Source: Escherichia coli
GTDB lineage: Bacteria; Pseudomonadota; Gammaproteobacteria; Enterobacterales; Enterobacteriaceae
Length of the DNA stretch: 64,000 nt
Assembly: GCF_013315695.1 (NCBI RefSeq)
Contig: NZ_CP054353.1
Direction: 5' to 3' (one strand)
Shown here: one piece after another, positions 60,134 to 64,000 of the stretch
Layout: the number at the start of each line of letters is the position of its first letter
How positions within the stretch are numbered: position 1 is the first letter of the stretch
Made by a program: the position numbers and the translations under genes
Notes under the pieces: model-generated
What the model was told of the DNA's origin: nothing
Database searches by the model: none
What the model saw: only the letters and a program-made list of their open reading frames with translations

Positions 60134-61477
60134 TTACGCGACGCTTTCTTCTTTATCTTTAGCGTCAGGCAGTTTTGGCGAAAGGGCTGTGGCCTTGCTG
60201 TCGATCCGGGTCACCAGCAGCTGGTCGATGCGGTAGTTATCGATATCCACCACTTCAAATTTGTAGCCGGCGAATTTCACCGAATCGGTGCGTTTCGGGA
60301 TCTTACGCAGCATAAACATCATAAAGCCGCCGATGGTTTCGTAGTTGCCCGACTGCGGGAACTCGTCAATATCCAGCACGCGCATGACGTCGTCAATCGG
60401 AGTGCCGCCGTCAATCAGCCATGAGTTCTCATCACGGGCGACAATCTGCTCTTCCAGCCCCTGGCCGACCAGATCGCCCATCAGCGTGGTCATCACGTCG
60501 TTGAGGGTGATGATCCCCACTACCAGCGCGTACTCGTTCATGATCACCGCGAAGTCTTCACCTGCGGTTTTAAAACTTTCCAACGCCTCTGAAAGGGTTA
60601 ACGTATCCGGCACAATCAGCGTGTTGCGAATTTGTACGCCGCTGTTCAGTGCCAGGCTTTGGTTAGCCAGCACGCGGTTCAGCAGGTCTTTAGAATCGAC
60701 ATAGCCGATGATGTGGTCAATATCTTCATTACAGACGAGGAACTTAGAGTGCGGATGTTCCGCCACCTTATTCTTCAGACTTTGCTCATCTTCGTGGAGA
60801 TCAAACCAAATCACGTTTTCACGCGGTGTCATTGAAGACGGAACGGTACGGGATTCTAGTTCAAAGACGTTTTCAATCAGCTCGTGTTCCTGTTTACGTA
60901 ACACGCCCGCCAGCGCACCGGCTTCCACTACCGCGTAGATGTCATCAGAAGTGATGTCATCTTTACGTACCATTGGCAGTTTGAAAATACGGAAGATCAT
61001 GTTCGCCAGGCCGTTGAAGAACCACACCAGCGGGGTGCAAACGTACAGGCAGAAGCGCATCGGGTTGATGATACGCAAAGCCACAGCTTCTGGCGCAATC
61101 ATACCGATGCGTTTCGGGGTTAAATCCGCAAACAGGATAAACATGCCAGTCACTAACGAGAAAGAGAGAATAAAGCTCAGTTGCTCAGAGAGTTCTGCCG
61201 ACATATAGCGGGAGAACAGGCTGTGAAAAGCTGGAGAAAATGCCGCATCACCGACGATACCGCCGAGAATCGCCACTGCGTTCAGACCGATTTGGACCAC
61301 GGTAAAGAACATGCCGGGATTTTCCTGCATATTCAGAACGCGTTGGGCATTTATATTGCCTTCATCAGCCAGCAGTTTAAGTTTGATTTTGCGTGAGGCG
61401 GCAAGCGAGATCTCGGACATCGAGAAGAACGCACTTACAGCGATCAAACAGAGTATGACTAAAATACTGTTTAACAT
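60134..61477 (-). CDS. ytfL: Membrane protein YtfL (CNNM-type DUF21 with CBS pair and CorC/HlyC domains)
   Basis: ORF 60134..61477, 447 aa. Confidence 0.9.
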   Translation of the reverse strand: MLNSILVILCLIAVSAFFSMSEISLAASRKIKLKLLADEGNINAQRVLNMQENPGMFFTVVQIGLNAVAILGGIVGDAAFSPAFHSLFSRYMSAELSEQLSFILSFSLVTGMFILFADLTPKRIGMIAPEAVALRIINPMRFCLYVCTPLVWFFNGLANMIFRIFKLPMVRKDDITSDDIYAVVEAGALAGVLRKQEHELIENVFELESRTVPSSMTPRENVIWFDLHEDEQSLKNKVAEHPHSKFLVCNEDIDHIIGYVDSKDLLNRVLANQSLALNSGVQIRNTLIVPDTLTLSEALESFKTAGEDFAVIMNEYALVVGIITLNDVMTTLMGDLVGQGLEEQIVARDENSWLIDGGTPIDDVMRVLDIDEFPQSGNYETIGGFMMFMLRKIPKRTDSVKFAGYKFEVVDIDNYRIDQLLVTRIDSKATALSPKLPDAKDKEESVA

Positions 61478-61654
61478 ATCTTATCCGACCTTTCAGGCCA
61501 GATCCTCGGAAGGGGAAGTTGATTAATTTGTGTGAAATACACATTGAAAGCCGATTCGAAGAAAGTGAACCGGCATTTTCAGTGGCTAGTATAGCGTAAG
61601 GTACTGTAAAGCCGCCAGAGGGTTAAAATTCAGACTGCTGATAAATGCAAAACT

Positions 61655-61753
61655 GCCTGATGCGCTATGCCGATCAGGCCTACGCACTCGTTGCAATATA
61701 TTGAATTTGGACGATTTTGTAGGCCTGGTAAGGCGTTTACGTCGCATCCGGCA
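61655..61753. repeat. REP/RIP element: inverted REP units flanking an IHF-type L motif
   Basis: GCCTGATGCGCTATGCCGATCAGGCCTAC ... TTGCAATATATTGAATTTG ... TGTAGGCCTGGTAAGGCGTTTACGTCGCATCCGGCAT. Confidence 0.65.
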
Positions 61754-61799
61754 TAAACAAAACGCACTTTATCAACAATCTACATTTGTACCCTTAACG

Positions 61800-62438
61800 C
61801 TATGCTTCCGGCGGCAGACAGACGCCAATTCCGCCAATTCCACAGTAACCATACGGGTTTTTATGCAGATATTGCTGGTGGTCATCTTCGGCATAATAAA
61901 ACGGTGTGGCGTTCGCGATTTCCGTGGTGATGCGACGATCGTCATCGGCGGCAAGCATCGCCGCCTGAAAACGTTCCAGACTGGCGCGAGCTGCGGCATC
62001 CTGTTCTGGGGTCAGCGGATAAATCGCTGAACGATACTGCGTGCCGTGGTCATTGCCCTGACGCATTCCCTGGGCGGGATCGTGATTCTCCCAAAATACC
62101 TGTAGCAACTGCTCATAGCTGATGACGGAAGGATCGTAAACAATGCGTACCGCTTCGGCATGACCAGTATCACCGGAACACACTTCCCGATAAGTCGGAT
62201 TTGGCGTATAGCCGCCGGTATAGCCTGCGGCGGTGCTGTAAACGCCGGGTAACTGCCAGAACAGTCGCTCCACACCCCAGAAACAACCCATCGCAAAAAT
62301 GGCAATCTCCATTCCGTCAGGTACATTGGTCATTGAGTGACCGTTGACCGCATGCAGCGTGGCTACGGGCATCGGGGTGTTACGTCCAGGCAGGGCATCG
62401 GCGGGGGAAACCAGATGCTTTTTATCAAATAAACTCAT
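61800..62438 (-). CDS. msrA: Peptide methionine sulfoxide reductase MsrA
   Basis: ORF 61800..62504; start [18 protein letters not shown] at ATG 62438, 212 aa, active-site GCFWG. Confidence 0.93.
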   Translation of the reverse strand: MSLFDKKHLVSPADALPGRNTPMPVATLHAVNGHSMTNVPDGMEIAIFAMGCFWGVERLFWQLPGVYSTAAGYTGGYTPNPTYREVCSGDTGHAEAVRIVYDPSVISYEQLLQVFWENHDPAQGMRQGNDHGTQYRSAIYPLTPEQDAAARASLERFQAAMLAADDDRRITTEIANATPFYYAEDDHQQYLHKNPYGYCGIGGIGVCLPPEA

Positions 62439-62601
62439 GGTGTCGCTCTCCCGAAAATCGGTCATTGGGGTTAAGGTTGTAACAAGAGGCGTATTTGCAC
62501 ACAATAACCGCTGTGAATAGGTCTAAAGTAAAACATAAGAAATATTTGGGGTTTAGTCTGCTTTTTAATCCATATTACTGGATTTTTGTTAAGCCGTTTA
62601 A

Positions 62602-64000
<1,399 letters not shown>

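Overview
This window reads as an Escherichia/Shigella-type chromosomal segment with K-12-like synteny, running from mscM (partial) through psd, rsgA, orn, glyVXY, queG, nnr, tsaE, amiB, mutL, miaA, hfq, hflXKC, purA, nsrR, rnr, rlmB, yjfI-C, aidB, the ula operon, rpsF-priB-rpsR-rplI, ytfB, fklB, cycA, ytfE-L and msrA to tamA (partial). All gene identifications rest on reading the translated ORFs against remembered protein families; no database search was run, and comparisons to K-12 are from memory. Four things stand out from the conserved backbone. (1) A low-GC four-gene cassette between rlmB and yjfI (IclR regulator, DapA/NanA-family aldolase, MFS permease, UxaA/GarD-family dehydratase) looks like an uncharacterised sugar-acid catabolic module; this is the best candidate for a poorly described system. 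(2) An IS200/IS605-family element sits between ytfA and ytfB with a stop-interrupted tnpA but an intact tnpB, so it may still encode an RNA-guided nuclease. (3) An extra YagU-like membrane protein gene lies between ulaF and yjfY. (4) There is an unusual concentration of gene-inactivating lesions: in-frame stops in yjfI, ulaG and tnpA, in-frame deletions in ulaC and ulaF, and a +1 frameshift in qorB. Regulatory features that can be read directly include three identical tRNA-Gly(GCC) genes with their promoter, a datA-like cluster of DnaA boxes with an IHF site, an NsrR operator upstream of ytfE, several intrinsic terminators and REP/RIP repeats. No CRISPR array or rRNA was seen.
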